Shown: positions 8,170 through 18,971 of the stretch, in pieces | Layout: every line of letters starts with the position of its first letter | Position numbering within the stretch: position 1 is the first letter of the stretch | Assembly: GCA_000165345.1 (NCBI GenBank) | Contig: CM000433.1 | Location: forward strand, 640,001-704,000 | Length of the DNA stretch: 64,000 nucleotides | Direction: 5' to 3' | Notes under the pieces: model-generated | What the model was told of the DNA's origin: nothing | Seen by the model: the letters and a program-made list of their open reading frames with translations, nothing else | The model's database searches: none | Program-made: the position numbers and the translations under genes

Positions 8170-10101
8170 CTATTCCAAATGAAACTTCAGCTTCTGTGTG
8201 TTACCAACAAATATATAATGCGACGGAAATTCTCCGTGCTCATTTAATCCTGGACACCAAACTTCTATTGTTGGAAATGCCATATTTGCATGTGGACGAT
8301 TTGGTTGCATGTCTTCCATACCGACATTATTATCCTCATGCACCGCTCTAATATGTACAATTCCTGCCATTGAGGAGATTGGCGCGCATGTTGAATTTTT
8401 TGCATGGCATATTCCCGCAATAGTATTCACAAGATTTTTTAAAGGTTTATTATATGGAAGAATTTGAGCTTGATTATCAATCATAGATACATCTTGGTCA
8501 GCAGGTAGAGCTGATGCAGGTAAAGATGCAATCTGTAGTTCAACTAGATGGCACCAAGTACTTGAAACAAGTGTACTAGTATTAATTAGTGACTTGCCAT
8601 CATCTCCCATAGGTATTACTTTGAGATTAATTGTATGAGGTTTGAGCGGGAATTCGGGGGTTCCAAAAAAATAAGATTTTAAACATTCTCTTCTAATTTC
8701 AGCAAGCCTTTGCGAGGTGATACTGATAACTCCGTCAGACTTTGAGACTCCAACAACAGAAATCTTTGGTAGTTTTTCAAACTGCTTTTCAATATTTAGT
8801 TTATTAATATCAATTTCCTGATCAGAGCTTGAGTTATTTGCATTTCCTGACTCTTCTAAATGTTGTTTTTCTAAGATTTCATAGCTTTGGGGTTCCTTAT
8901 AGTCATATTGATCTGATAAATAGTGTTGGGTACTTGGATCGTCCATTACTACCACGACATCAATGTTGAAAATAGAAATAAGTTCTTTTAAAAGGTCATT
9001 TGATGGCTGAAATGGAGCGTTTAATATAAATCCTGAAGCTTGAGAGTTTGTATCTTGAATGTTTTGACTCCTAAGCGATATTGCACCACTTAGAAGCCTA
9101 CACAGGTATAAATATAATTGAAGGTCATCTGTTACATTTAAATGACCAAAAAAGAATGAAAGAGGATTTCTTAACTCTTTGCTGTGAAGAAAAAATTCAT
9201 TAACTTTTATTGCTCCAATTGTTCCAGCTGGAAACTGCATATTTTCTTTATCCGTAGATCCTCTCGGATCTAAATCTATAAATAAAGGTGTATACCCTCT
9301 TCTTGCTGCATAATTACAAAGAATCTGACACAAGGTAGATTTACCTGAATTAGATGATCCTGTTACCATAACTCTTGGGCCTAAAGTCCCATGAAGCTTT
9401 GAAAAATTTCTCCTGTTATCCAATACTTGAATAACTTCCATATACTCTTTCATACTTTTATTCACACTTTCATATTCTTGCTGAACTAATCCTCTAATTT
9501 GTAAAATACATCCATGCCAAGTATATATCGCAACTCTTGATAATGGAGCAATCTTCATATCAACATCTGGAGGAAGCTCAGCTCCAAATATTTCTGCTGT
9601 TGTCATTGCATTTGTCTGAGCTCCTCCACTTCCTGTCACAGCTCCTGCCCCTGATGATGATGAAGAGTAAAGTCTAATTGTGCAAGGCTGACTTGGATGA
9701 GCAATTATTCTCAATTCACTTCCTGCTTCAATCTTATAAGCTCTTACTTGAGACTTTGTCATTCCAACCCCTGGGCCCACATCTCCTCCAATTCCACCTC
9801 CTTGCCCTGACCCCAGTCCTCCCGTTCCTGCTCCTGTTCCTACTCCTATTCCAACTCCTGCTCCTATCCCTGTTCCAACTCCTTGTCCTAACCCTAGTCC
9901 AACTCCTAGTCCAGGAATAGCTCCAGAACTTGCTCCTACCCCAGAATTAAATCCTATTCCTGATGGTATTTCCATTTTACATTCTAAAGCGCTTAAAGAA
10001 ATAAATAATTCAAAATTTTCCTTGTAAATTGTTACTCTGACCGTAGAGCTGTAAATTTTGTGTAAATTCAAATTAAATGAGTAATATTTCCTTCCATTCA
10101 C
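8170..10101 (-). CDS. CLP1: Clp1 polynucleotide kinase (mRNA cleavage/polyadenylation factor Clp1 family). An unusual Gly-rich N-terminal extension precedes it. The true start may be the internal Met at 9762.
   Basis: P-loop GPRVMVTGSSNSGKSTLCQILCNYAARRGYTPLFIDLDPRG matches the Clp1 Walker A context. N-domain ELRI..., AEIFGAEL and VAIYTWHGCILQIRG match Clp1 ELRFEV / AEIFGTEL / VAVFTWHGCSVQLSG. The upstream in-frame region 9763-10101 encodes GxGxG repeats. Confidence 0.75.
   Translation of the reverse strand: MNGRKYYSFNLNLHKIYSSTVRVTIYKENFELFISLSALECKMEIPSGIGFNSGVGASSGAIPGLGVGLGLGQGVGTGIGAGVGIGVGTGAGTGGLGSGQGGGIGGDVGPGVGMTKSQVRAYKIEAGSELRIIAHPSQPCTIRLYSSSSSGAGAVTGSGGAQTNAMTTAEIFGAELPPDVDMKIAPLSRVAIYTWHGCILQIRGLVQQEYESVNKSMKEYMEVIQVLDNRRNFSKLHGTLGPRVMVTGSSNSGKSTLCQILCNYAARRGYTPLFIDLDPRGSTDKENMQFPAGTIGAIKVNEFFLHSKELRNPLSFFFGHLNVTDDLQLYLYLCRLLSGAISLRSQNIQDTNSQASGFILNAPFQPSNDLLKELISIFNIDVVVVMDDPSTQHYLSDQYDYKEPQSYEILEKQHLEESGNANNSSSDQEIDINKLNIEKQFEKLPKISVVGVSKSDGVISITSQRLAEIRRECLKSYFFGTPEFPLKPHTINLKVIPMGDDGKSLINTSTLVSSTWCHLVELQIASLPASALPADQDVSMIDNQAQILPYNKPLKNLVNTIAGICHAKNSTCAPISSMAGIVHIRAVHEDNNVGMEDMQPNRPHANMAFPTIEVWCPGLNEHGEFPSHYIFVGNTQKLKFHLE
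9763..9960. repeat. GC-rich imperfect 9-nt repeat (cc[at]actcct / cctgctcct) encoding Gly-x-Gly repeats in frame upstream of the Clp1 catalytic body.
   Basis: tcctgctcctgttcctactcctattccaactcctgctcctatccctgttccaactccttgtcctaaccctagtccaactcctagtcca. Local GC content is far above the window average. Confidence 0.8.
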
Positions 10102-10715
10102 TAAACAATCATTATAATTTCAAATCCTTTATAATTCTATACTTAAGGCTTCCCCCTTCATCTCTCAAATTGCATATAAATATAAAAGCTTGTTGGCGCC
10201 AAAGCTTTACCTCTACAAAATAATAATACCCAGTATAAAAAGAAAGTAAAATAAAATTAAGTCAAAAATGGATTATTTTGGAATTTAATTTAATGATTTT
10301 TTTTAATAATTGTAAAAAAAAATTAATGTACTAGTGTTCTAATAAGGGAATATAAAGTCATTAAAATAGAAAGTGACAATAATATTTCTATTGATCCAAT
10401 TTCTATTAAAAAATTGGATTTTTCTATAAAACATATTTTGAAATTCTTAATTTAATCAAAGAAATAAAAAGGAATAATTTGCTTGTAATGATAAAATATA
10501 TATATATTTTAAGTGCCAGAATGCTTTAAAGTTTGTAATTGTAATAATATTTCCGAAGATTCAAATTGAAGAACTATTTCTTTTGATATTTCACTTTACA
10601 ATATACTCTACTTTAAACAAATAATAGAGAAATTGTAATGAAAATAATGTATTTCGATTAAAAACATATATATATATATATATATTGTATTTTTTCTCCA
10701 TCTTTTAATTACACT

Positions 10716-11756
10716 ATGAAAATTAATAATTGTGTTAATATATTACTTGGAAATGTGGGACTATGTAGCAATCTTAATGCTCACCATTTCAGGAAAATGG
10801 CTTTAAAATGTGATATAATATGTATATATCACAATTTTGAAGAATCTGATTTAAATTCTATTTTAGCCATTGGGAGAAATCCAACAAACCGTGTAAGTTA
10901 TAAAGATTTTTACAAAACTAGTTCAATATTGTTTGCACCATTTTTTAATAAGATAAAAAGGCTTTTCAAAAAGAATGTAAATAATATGTTTATGTGGTAC
11001 TCATATTTTCGTGGTAATATTTATTTGGAAAATACCTCGAGAATAATATTTGAGGTTCCTGATGGTTACAAACTTCAAAAACAAAGTATAGATTTTTGGG
11101 AATTTGATGTGGGAGGATGCTTCCTGAATTTTAGACGATTAATTCTTGCAAATGTTAATTTTACATATTTCTGTTCTATCAAAAAACAAATTTCTTGTAT
11201 CAAGTCTTTAAGATACTCCATTAAAGAAATTGTTTGGAAGAATTTTATAAGTGAGTTAATCTTCAACCCTCAAATCAAATTAAATAAAATAGAAGATGAA
11301 ACAGTCATTATAAACCTTAATGAAATAACTTCATTTATAATTTGCGGTAAATTCTCAAATTCCAATTTATCAAAAGATTTCCTGACTCTTTTTGGGCATG
11401 GAGAGCTTATTCCAATTGGTAGTAATTCCTTTCAATCAAATAACTGTAATTTTGACAATTATATTCTTAAAAGTATAGTATTTTCACGAGAAGATATTCT
11501 TTATTTTATTTCAGTATTCCCAGTTAATAAAGTTATTGGGCCTGATTTTAACAATTACTTGATTCCAAATCAATTCATCAGCATGTTTGAATTGCACCAT
11601 TCAAACTCCAATTTATTGTCTAATATCAATAAAATTCACTCCGGGAAAAGTTCTAGCCCAAAGTTTACAAAGTTCATTTTTTATGACAGTGTAAATATAA
11701 CCAAAACTTCTGTCGATCCTGAAAATAATACTCACTTGCAAGTTATATCCTTTTAG
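10716..11756 (+). CDS. Hypothetical protein, possibly leucine-rich-repeat-like. No confident family assignment.
   Basis: 346-aa uninterrupted ORF in an AT-rich genome where stops are frequent. Promoter-type GGCGCC motif upstream at ~10194. No recognisable catalytic motifs. Confidence 0.45.
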   Translation: MKINNCVNILLGNVGLCSNLNAHHFRKMALKCDIICIYHNFEESDLNSILAIGRNPTNRVSYKDFYKTSSILFAPFFNKIKRLFKKNVNNMFMWYSYFRGNIYLENTSRIIFEVPDGYKLQKQSIDFWEFDVGGCFLNFRRLILANVNFTYFCSIKKQISCIKSLRYSIKEIVWKNFISELIFNPQIKLNKIEDETVIINLNEITSFIICGKFSNSNLSKDFLTLFGHGELIPIGSNSFQSNNCNFDNYILKSIVFSREDILYFISVFPVNKVIGPDFNNYLIPNQFISMFELHHSNSNLLSNINKIHSGKSSSPKFTKFIFYDSVNITKTSVDPENNTHLQVISF

Positions 11757-12378
11757 TTACTATATTTTTATTTTTAATTTAGCTTCTTCTAAATTTTCAT
11801 TTTAGCTCATTTTTCCTGCTTTTCTTCCTATTCCTCTTTTTTTTTCCTCCTCTTCGTCCTTCTCTTAGCACCCCACTCCCCCCCTTCAATATTTTACTGT
11901 ACACGTTACAAAAAAATGCCAAACCGGCGCCATGGTTTTGTGGCGCCAAAATGTGCATGAATTTATTTTTGAATCTATATATGTACAAAAAGTTAACTTA
12001 TGAGGATTACCATAATAAAACTAATTATAACTTAATTATTATTAGTTTTGAAAATAATTGATTAAGAGGAGTGTTCTGAAGCTCTTAATTAAATACTTAA
12101 TATATTTAATGAAGTATTTAATATAAATTAGTAAATTAATTAATCCAAATTACAATTAGTAATAGGAAACAATAATTTCAAATATTATTTTACAATAGTT
12201 GATTTATGAGGGCTTGAAAAAAGAAAGTGGTCAATAGACAAACATTCAAATAGATGTTTGTACTTTTATCTTGCACACTGAATAAAGCTTGAGATTTCAA
12301 ATATAGCTTTGAAATAATTTGCGAAATAATAATTGGGCTGTAAAAAAAATAGTTAAATAATTAAATAATAGCCAGAAG

Positions 12379-13764
12379 GTGGGATTTTTTTTTAAGTTGA
12401 ATAATAAGCCAAATCGAAGTTGGATATTATCTTATTTCTTTCTTATTCTCTTTAAAATTTTAGAGTTCATCTTAAAAATGTGGAATATTGCTAGCGAATT
12501 TATTTGTGGTTGTTTTCAGCAAGGAAGTTTTGCAAAGAAAATGCTAGAAGATACTGCCAAAGAGTTAGATATTACTAGAGCTGATGAACTTAGTTTCTTT
12601 GGCGCAGCAATTTCTTCCCAACATGAGTTAAAGCAACAGAAAAGTAGTATAAATGCAGATTCTTGGTTAGTTTCATGGAATTTACTCGGAATAGCTGATG
12701 GAGTATCTTCAGTAGAGTCTGAAGGATTTGATCCCAGTCAATTACCTTCAGAACTACTGAAGAATTGTGTTGAGCTCTGTAATATTAGAGAAAATAACAG
12801 AGTACAATTTGATTCAGCTTCGCAAAAAATATTCAATAAGAATTCGATTCCATTTCATTCATATGAATTCCTCAAACATATACTATGCAGATCTTGCTCA
12901 AATTGTGCTTCTTATGGATCTACAACTTGTTTACTATGTTTCCTTGATGGTAATCAACTTTGGGTGTCAAATGTGGGTGACTCTCAAATGATTGTTTTAA
13001 GACCATCAAAAAACGAGCCAAAAAATCTTCCACCAATACCATTCATTGAGAATCCAATAGAAAGGAAACCCATTACAGGAGATCCAAGAAGAAGATTACC
13101 ATCTAATATATCTGTTGGTGGATATGATATTACTGCTAGAAGTGAAGTTCAACAACATTTCTTTAATTGCCCGCACCAGCTTACTATTATGCCAGATATT
13201 AATTGCTCAAATGATGAAATTTTAAAGAGAGCTGCAAATGTGTCTCAGTCTTTTAGGGTTGATGTAAATCCAGGAGACTTGATAATTATTGGTACTGATG
13301 GGATATTTGATAATATTTTTGATGAAGATATTATTGATATTGTAAATCAAGCAAGAAAAAGGTATAATCGAGTTTTTGATGATAATCCTATCATGGTTTC
13401 AGATTTCATTGCCAAAGAATTACTTACTTATGCTTTAAAGGCTGCAAATAATGTTCCTTCAGGGTCAAGAGCTAGAGTAACACCTTTTAGTGAAGGAGCT
13501 TTGATTGATGTTAATAGACATATCGAGGGTGGTAAACCTGATGATATTACTGTAATTGTTGCCTTTGTTGCATATTCTGATAGGTTAAGTACAAGAATGT
13601 CAAATATTTCTCCTGAAATTTATAGTGGAACTTCATATTTGGGTAGTTCTGCAAAATTCAGTAATGATATGTCAACTTACATAATTAATGGTGAAAAGTA
13701 TTCGTATTCTTCTATCAGTGAGAGATTCTCAATTCTCGGAGGATTAACCTCAAAATATAAATAA
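12379..13764 (+). CDS. PP2C-family (PPM) serine/threonine protein phosphatase, PTC7-like. The start is more likely the ATG at 12478 (MWNIASEF...).
   Basis: Motifs LLGIADGVSS, CLLCFLDGNQLWVSNVGDSQMIVLR, IIIGTDGIFDNI and GGKPDDITVIVAFV match PPM metal-binding and catalytic blocks. E2F-like GGCGCCAAAATGTGCATGA lies upstream at 11940-11960. Confidence 0.8.
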   Translation: MGFFFKLNNKPNRSWILSYFFLILFKILEFILKMWNIASEFICGCFQQGSFAKKMLEDTAKELDITRADELSFFGAAISSQHELKQQKSSINADSWLVSWNLLGIADGVSSVESEGFDPSQLPSELLKNCVELCNIRENNRVQFDSASQKIFNKNSIPFHSYEFLKHILCRSCSNCASYGSTTCLLCFLDGNQLWVSNVGDSQMIVLRPSKNEPKNLPPIPFIENPIERKPITGDPRRRLPSNISVGGYDITARSEVQQHFFNCPHQLTIMPDINCSNDEILKRAANVSQSFRVDVNPGDLIIIGTDGIFDNIFDEDIIDIVNQARKRYNRVFDDNPIMVSDFIAKELLTYALKAANNVPSGSRARVTPFSEGALIDVNRHIEGGKPDDITVIVAFVAYSDRLSTRMSNISPEIYSGTSYLGSSAKFSNDMSTYIINGEKYSYSSISERFSILGGLTSKYK

Positions 13765-14090
13765 GCGGATTGAATATTGTGTATTTTCCTTGAAACAAGT
13801 ACTGGAAGGCCATGCATTATTTGGAAGTTATTTGATGTTTATACTTTAGAATTTTATGCTTTATAATAATGTTTTAAGCCTTTTAAGCTATTTTATTATT
13901 ATTTTGATTTGTTTTTTAATATTTATTGTTTGAAATGAAGAATTCAATTTGATATTTGATTTCCAAGGTAAAGTAGAAAAATCTGAATCATTAGTCCAGC
14001 ACTCAATTACCAAACTTCTACATTTATTTGGTCTAGTTAGACTTTTATCTTGTAACAGAAATTTGTCCTTAAATGTATTATTATATTCTC

Positions 14091-15614
14091 TTAATTTTCA
14101 ATTAATTCACTTCTATCTAAAGTTGGTATGTTGTATAGAACTTTTTTAAACTTTTTAATTTTGTACTGATTATATGAAGTTTTTGGAATACATGATGAAA
14201 TAATAATTGCCCAATTTGATAGCACATTAATTTTGATTTTCCCTTTTTTTGATTGATAAGTATCTGAAGGAGATAAAATATCCCTCCATTGGCCATCCTT
14301 TTCTTTCCAATCAACTTCAAAATCTTCAACAGATTTGGTATCAATATTAATTGCAACAAAAATAAATTCTTCTTTAATACGCCTTTCGAATACCAACAAG
14401 GTTTTGGTATTCAATAATAATGAATAATTTCCTTTAGTTAGAATTTTACCTATAATTGGATGACCTCTAATTTGAGAAATAAATTTAATCAAAACCAAAA
14501 ATCCATCATTTTTATCAGAATTAAGCCACTCAAGATCCTTAATTGTAAGCTTTGGTCTAAGCTGAAAGTCAGCTCGTCGACCTTTTCCTTTAACTCCTTT
14601 AAATCTAAATTCACTTCCATAATAAATTGAAGGAGAACCATTTAACATAAAGAGAATTATATATACAGTTAAAAGATCGTCTTCGATTTCAATTTGACTT
14701 GCAATTCTAGTTACATCATGATTATCAACAAAATTATACATCCATCCACTACTAAATAAATCATTTTGTTGAGAAATCACATTTGCAAGCAATTCAAGGT
14801 TATTAAAACGGTGAGATTTCCATATTGCATCCCATAAAACATAATTAGTTACCCCATCAAATGGTTGATTAGTATATTCATATTTGATACTGGCAGATGG
14901 ATTTGGTCTCACCCAAATTCTTTGGTCGCCATGAATAATTTCTGCTAATAAAGCAAAATTTTCTCCAAATTTAGTTTTACAAAAGTCCCTGAATATTCTC
15001 CAGAATTCAATTGAAATACAGTCAGCTGCATCTAATCTTAAACCATCAATTTCATATTCTTTAAACCAAAACTCTACAGCATCAAATAAGTATTTCTTCA
15101 CCTCATAATTTTCATGATTCAAAGTTACTAATTCATAATAACCTTCCCAAGGGGTGTAAGTAAAATTATCTCCTTTTTGAGATTTTTTTGAAAAATCCAA
15201 GCCTTTAAACCAATCACAATACTTGGAATGTTTACCATTTATCTTAATATCGTTGAATGCAAAGAAGTTTCTACCAACATGATTAAATACTGCATCGATA
15301 ATTACCTTAATTCCATTTGAATGATATATTTTTACAAGATTTTTAAAATCTTCATTACTTCCTAGCCTTTTGTCTATTGACAACAAATCTGTTGTATCAT
15401 ATCCATGCGCTTCCGATTCAAAAACAGGCCCTATATATATTCCTCCAATATTCAAATTTTTTAAATGATCAATCCATGATTTTGATCCTAACTCTTCTAA
15501 TTTGTTAACTCTTACAATTTTGTCTGAATTTATCCTTTCTACACCGCATAATCCTATTGGATATATATGATACCAATTGCAATTCTTATACCATTCATTA
15601 CCATTTATTACCAT
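14091..15614 (-). CDS. Glycoside hydrolase family 13 (alpha-amylase family) enzyme.
   Basis: Conserved GH13 regions: IDAVFNHVG (region I), GLRLDAADCI (region II, catalytic Asp), FALLAEIIHGD (region III Glu), FVDNHDVTR (region IV). 507 aa. Confidence 0.85.
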   Translation of the reverse strand: MVINGNEWYKNCNWYHIYPIGLCGVERINSDKIVRVNKLEELGSKSWIDHLKNLNIGGIYIGPVFESEAHGYDTTDLLSIDKRLGSNEDFKNLVKIYHSNGIKVIIDAVFNHVGRNFFAFNDIKINGKHSKYCDWFKGLDFSKKSQKGDNFTYTPWEGYYELVTLNHENYEVKKYLFDAVEFWFKEYEIDGLRLDAADCISIEFWRIFRDFCKTKFGENFALLAEIIHGDQRIWVRPNPSASIKYEYTNQPFDGVTNYVLWDAIWKSHRFNNLELLANVISQQNDLFSSGWMYNFVDNHDVTRIASQIEIEDDLLTVYIILFMLNGSPSIYYGSEFRFKGVKGKGRRADFQLRPKLTIKDLEWLNSDKNDGFLVLIKFISQIRGHPIIGKILTKGNYSLLLNTKTLLVFERRIKEEFIFVAINIDTKSVEDFEVDWKEKDGQWRDILSPSDTYQSKKGKIKINVLSNWAIIISSCIPKTSYNQYKIKKFKKVLYNIPTLDRSELIEN

Positions 15615-15809
15615 TATTATTTAATTATATTTCTAAATATGTGTAAATATTTATTTTTATTTCTGTACATATATATACATATTCATCAGAAATGAATATA
15701 AATATTTTTAAAAAAATAATAATAAATAAGTATTAATAATTATTATACTTTAGCTAACAATAATTAATTCATTTCACACGAATTTTTTTATTAATATATT
15801 TTTGTCCAC

Positions 15810-15915
15810 ATGCAAAATTATTGACATGAAATTTTTTAAAAACTTGCATCTATACCGGTATCAATATTGCATGTGGACGCATTTTTTTTAATTACAAAAT
15901 AATTAAATACCGGTA
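15810..15915. promoter_or_regulatory. Divergent promoter region (GH13 gene on minus / SNF2 gene on plus). It carries an inverted pair of GCATGTGGAC elements, the 14-mer GCATGTGGACGCAT, and two copies of the palindrome TACCGGTA.
   Basis: ttgtccacatgcaaaat ... cttgcatctataccggtatcaatattgcatgtggacgcattttttt ... aaataccggtaaataat. Confidence 0.55.
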
Positions 15916-16145
15916 AATAATCAAAAGATAAAATTTAAAAAAAGTGTAAATTAATTATGAAAGTTTTTAATTAGAAAAAATAATTAAAAGAATATTTCTT
16001 TGTATAATTATTAATTTTTGAACAAATTCCAGGCCAAAACCTAAGTGCCATAATAATAGAAATATTTATAAATAGTAAAGAAAGAAAATTTTGTAAGTTA
16101 TGGAGCTAAATTGAAAAATATAGAAGGCATTAGTTATTTACAAAC

Positions 16146-18752
16146 ATGACTGAAAAAGAAGAAAATCCAATTTTTTTGGAATGCAAAGCTGACCTTCAAG
16201 CAGAAAAGTTTGAAAATTTAAATAAAAGCACCAATCTGGATGAAACCAATTTGGATGATTTAATTAATAAGATAGATAATGTGACTATATCTGAAAAAGT
16301 GAATATTCTGGAAAAAAAAAGAGAGTTTGAGAAGCATGACAGAAGAAGAACTCAGCTAATCGATCAGGATGAAGTGAAAGGAAAACAGGAAGTGATTCAT
16401 ATTGTTGATGATGAATCAGAAACAGTACCACCAGAAAGTTTGCTTATTGACGATTTATTTTTCTCAAACGTTCCAATATCAGATTCTGAGGATAATAATG
16501 TTCATATAAATGAAATTATTGAAGATGATTATGTTGATCCACCTTATGAAGTATATAATGGGTGGCACTGGAATTCAAATAAACTCGAGTATTGTTTAAA
16601 AAGTAATTCAGGAAGAATTCAGAGAAAATTGTATGTTTCACCAAAGATATATGGCAATTTAAGAGATCATCCACATCAATATGATGGTGTTAGATGGATG
16701 TGGAATAGATTCAGAAGAAGTGAAGGGGGAATACTTGCAGATGAAATGGGACTTGGAAAGACTATTCAAGTATGTGTTTTCATTGGGGCATTGTATAGAT
16801 CAGAGATTGCAACCTTTATATTTTTAATTCTCCCTACGAGCTTAATATCACAATGGAAAGAAGAGTTGGATAAATGGTGTCCAAAGATTCCAAAATTCAT
16901 TTATCATGGAAATTTAAATATGCGAGATGAAGCACTAAAAAGCTTATATTTAAGCAAAAGAGGAGGAATTTTGATTACTACTTTTGAGACTTTTAGAAAC
17001 GATGTTCATAAATTGCATGAAATCAATTTGAAGAGTGTACAGTGTCAGTTTGTTAGAAATCATTTGGGGAGTAAAATTACTCCCAAAGATTATTTGAAGG
17101 AAATTTCACAATATAAAGAACCTGATAGAAACTTTAATATTCCATGGGACATTGTAATTATTGACGAGGCTCACAAATTAAAAAATTGTAAAACAAAGCT
17201 TTTTAAAGATATACAAACTTTGAGGAGTTATTGCATAATTTTATGTACTGGCACTCCTTTTCAAAACAGACTAACAGAGCTTTGGTCATTAATACATTGT
17301 GTTAAGCCAAACCTACTTGGGAAAAATATACAAGCATTTAACCATAATTATGCTAAACATATTAATAATTTAAACAATAGAAACATACTTGAAAATGAAA
17401 AGAAGACTTCTGAATTGATTATTAGTAAACTTAAGTATGCTATTAAGCCATACATTTTAAGAAGAACAAAACAAATAATTTCCCAAGTTAATACAAAAGA
17501 AAGTAATCTTAATGCTCAGAATATTAAAAATGAACTTTCTAATATAAAAAAGTATGATATTGTTTTGTGGCACAATCTATCTAGAGATCAATCCCAATCT
17601 TATATGGAAGTCTTAGATAGCCATTCAGTTTCAACAATAATTAATAATTCGGATGCAATTTCTCAAAATAAACAGAAAAATGGAGCAGTATTAGAGCTTA
17701 TTATATACTTACTTAAGGTTTGCAAACATCCTTTGCTTTTACTCAAACCTGAATTCCAATCATGGAGGATTCTACTTAAAAACAAAAGCAACCATGATTT
17801 AAAGCAAGGGGAGGAAGAAGAAGTGGTTAATTCTCAATTTGAAAGCCCTTCAAGTAAAGAAACAACTACTATATCTGCTCACAATACTTTAATGTTTAAC
17901 TCAGCATCTAAATTACCTCAGCTTAATATTGAACTTCTAAGAGATCAAAGCACTAAATTACAAATACTTAACATGATTATCCCTCAGCTCCTCAAGCCTA
18001 ACGAAAATAAGATTTTGGTATTCTCAGAAAGCTTATTAATGCTAGATTTGATAGAGCTTACGATTTTAATTCCAAACAAAATTGATTGGGAAAGACTTGA
18101 AGGAAAGCAATCTCTAGATGAACGAAATTCTAGTATTGATTCTTTCAACAAAAATAACGTAAGTTGTAATGTAAAATGAAAAATTTACTTTTAACAATTT
18201 CAGGAAAAGAGGATCTTACTATTATCTAAACATATTGGATCTACTGGCCTTAACTTAACCAGTGCAAACAAGATAATTCTAGTAGAACCACACTGGAATC
18301 CTACTCAAGATGAACAAGCAATAGGAAGAGCTTATAGAATAGGCCAAAAAAGAGATGTAATCATATATAGGTAAGAATAATTTTATCAAAATAACTTAAT
18401 TGTCTTAAGAAAACTTGACTAATATATATATATAAATCTTTTCTTCAGATTGATAGCGGCTGGAACCATTGAAGATTGGAAGTTTAGACTACAACTACAT
18501 AAAACTGGTCTTGCTAGGATATTTCTAGGAGGGGCTAAACAGGAAATTACTTTCACAAATGAAGAATTAAAGTGTTTATTTTCATATTCTGAAATGGACT
18601 CAAATGATATTCAAGAAGTCATTTTCAAGTTTAATGTGAATGATAAGCACTATGAGATTCTTAAAAATGATATTGAGGATGATTGCATTAAAGAAATGGA
18701 ACCCTATGTAATGGCATATCTAGACTTTGAAAATATTCAAAGATTTGAATAA
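16146..18752 (+). CDS. SNF2-family DNA-dependent ATPase/helicase (Rad54/ERCC6-like), 3 exons: 16146..18158, 18204..18370, 18449..18752.
   Basis: Exon 1 carries the SNF2_N motifs GGILADEMGLGKTIQ, DEAHKLKN, GTPFQNRLTELWSL. Introns are GTAAGT...CAG (18159-18203) and GTAAGA...TCAG (18371-18448), both frame-preserving. They restore the helicase-C block [59 protein letters not shown]. Confidence 0.85.
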
Positions 18753-18971
18753 TTGAATAACTAATGGTGCTTCAAAATTCATATCAATTCTTTTGCATGG
18801 AAATTTTTCTTTAAAAATTAATTTATTATTATTCTGGTATTTAATTTGAAGGCAAATTATTTATATTATTAATTTCCCCTGTAAAATATATATATATATA
18901 TTAGACTCTGTTTGGGCGGGCTCTCCATTTAAAGAGGTTCCGTCTTGACATTTTGACAAGAAAATAAGAAA

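Noticed and set aside
8064-8351. 95-aa plus-strand ORF overlapping the 3' end of CLP1.
   Set aside because: It overlaps a well-supported CDS on the opposite strand and has a low-complexity PTPSTPSLS sequence. The only notable thing is the motif cluster at its 5' edge, which is reported as a finding instead.
12379-12477. The first 33 codons of the PP2C ORF (MGFFFKLNNKPNRSWILSYFFLILFKILEFILK).
   Set aside because: The composition looks like translated AT-rich leader. The conserved phosphatase alignment and a better-context ATG begin at 12478. The longer ORF is kept in the feature table only as the maximal span.
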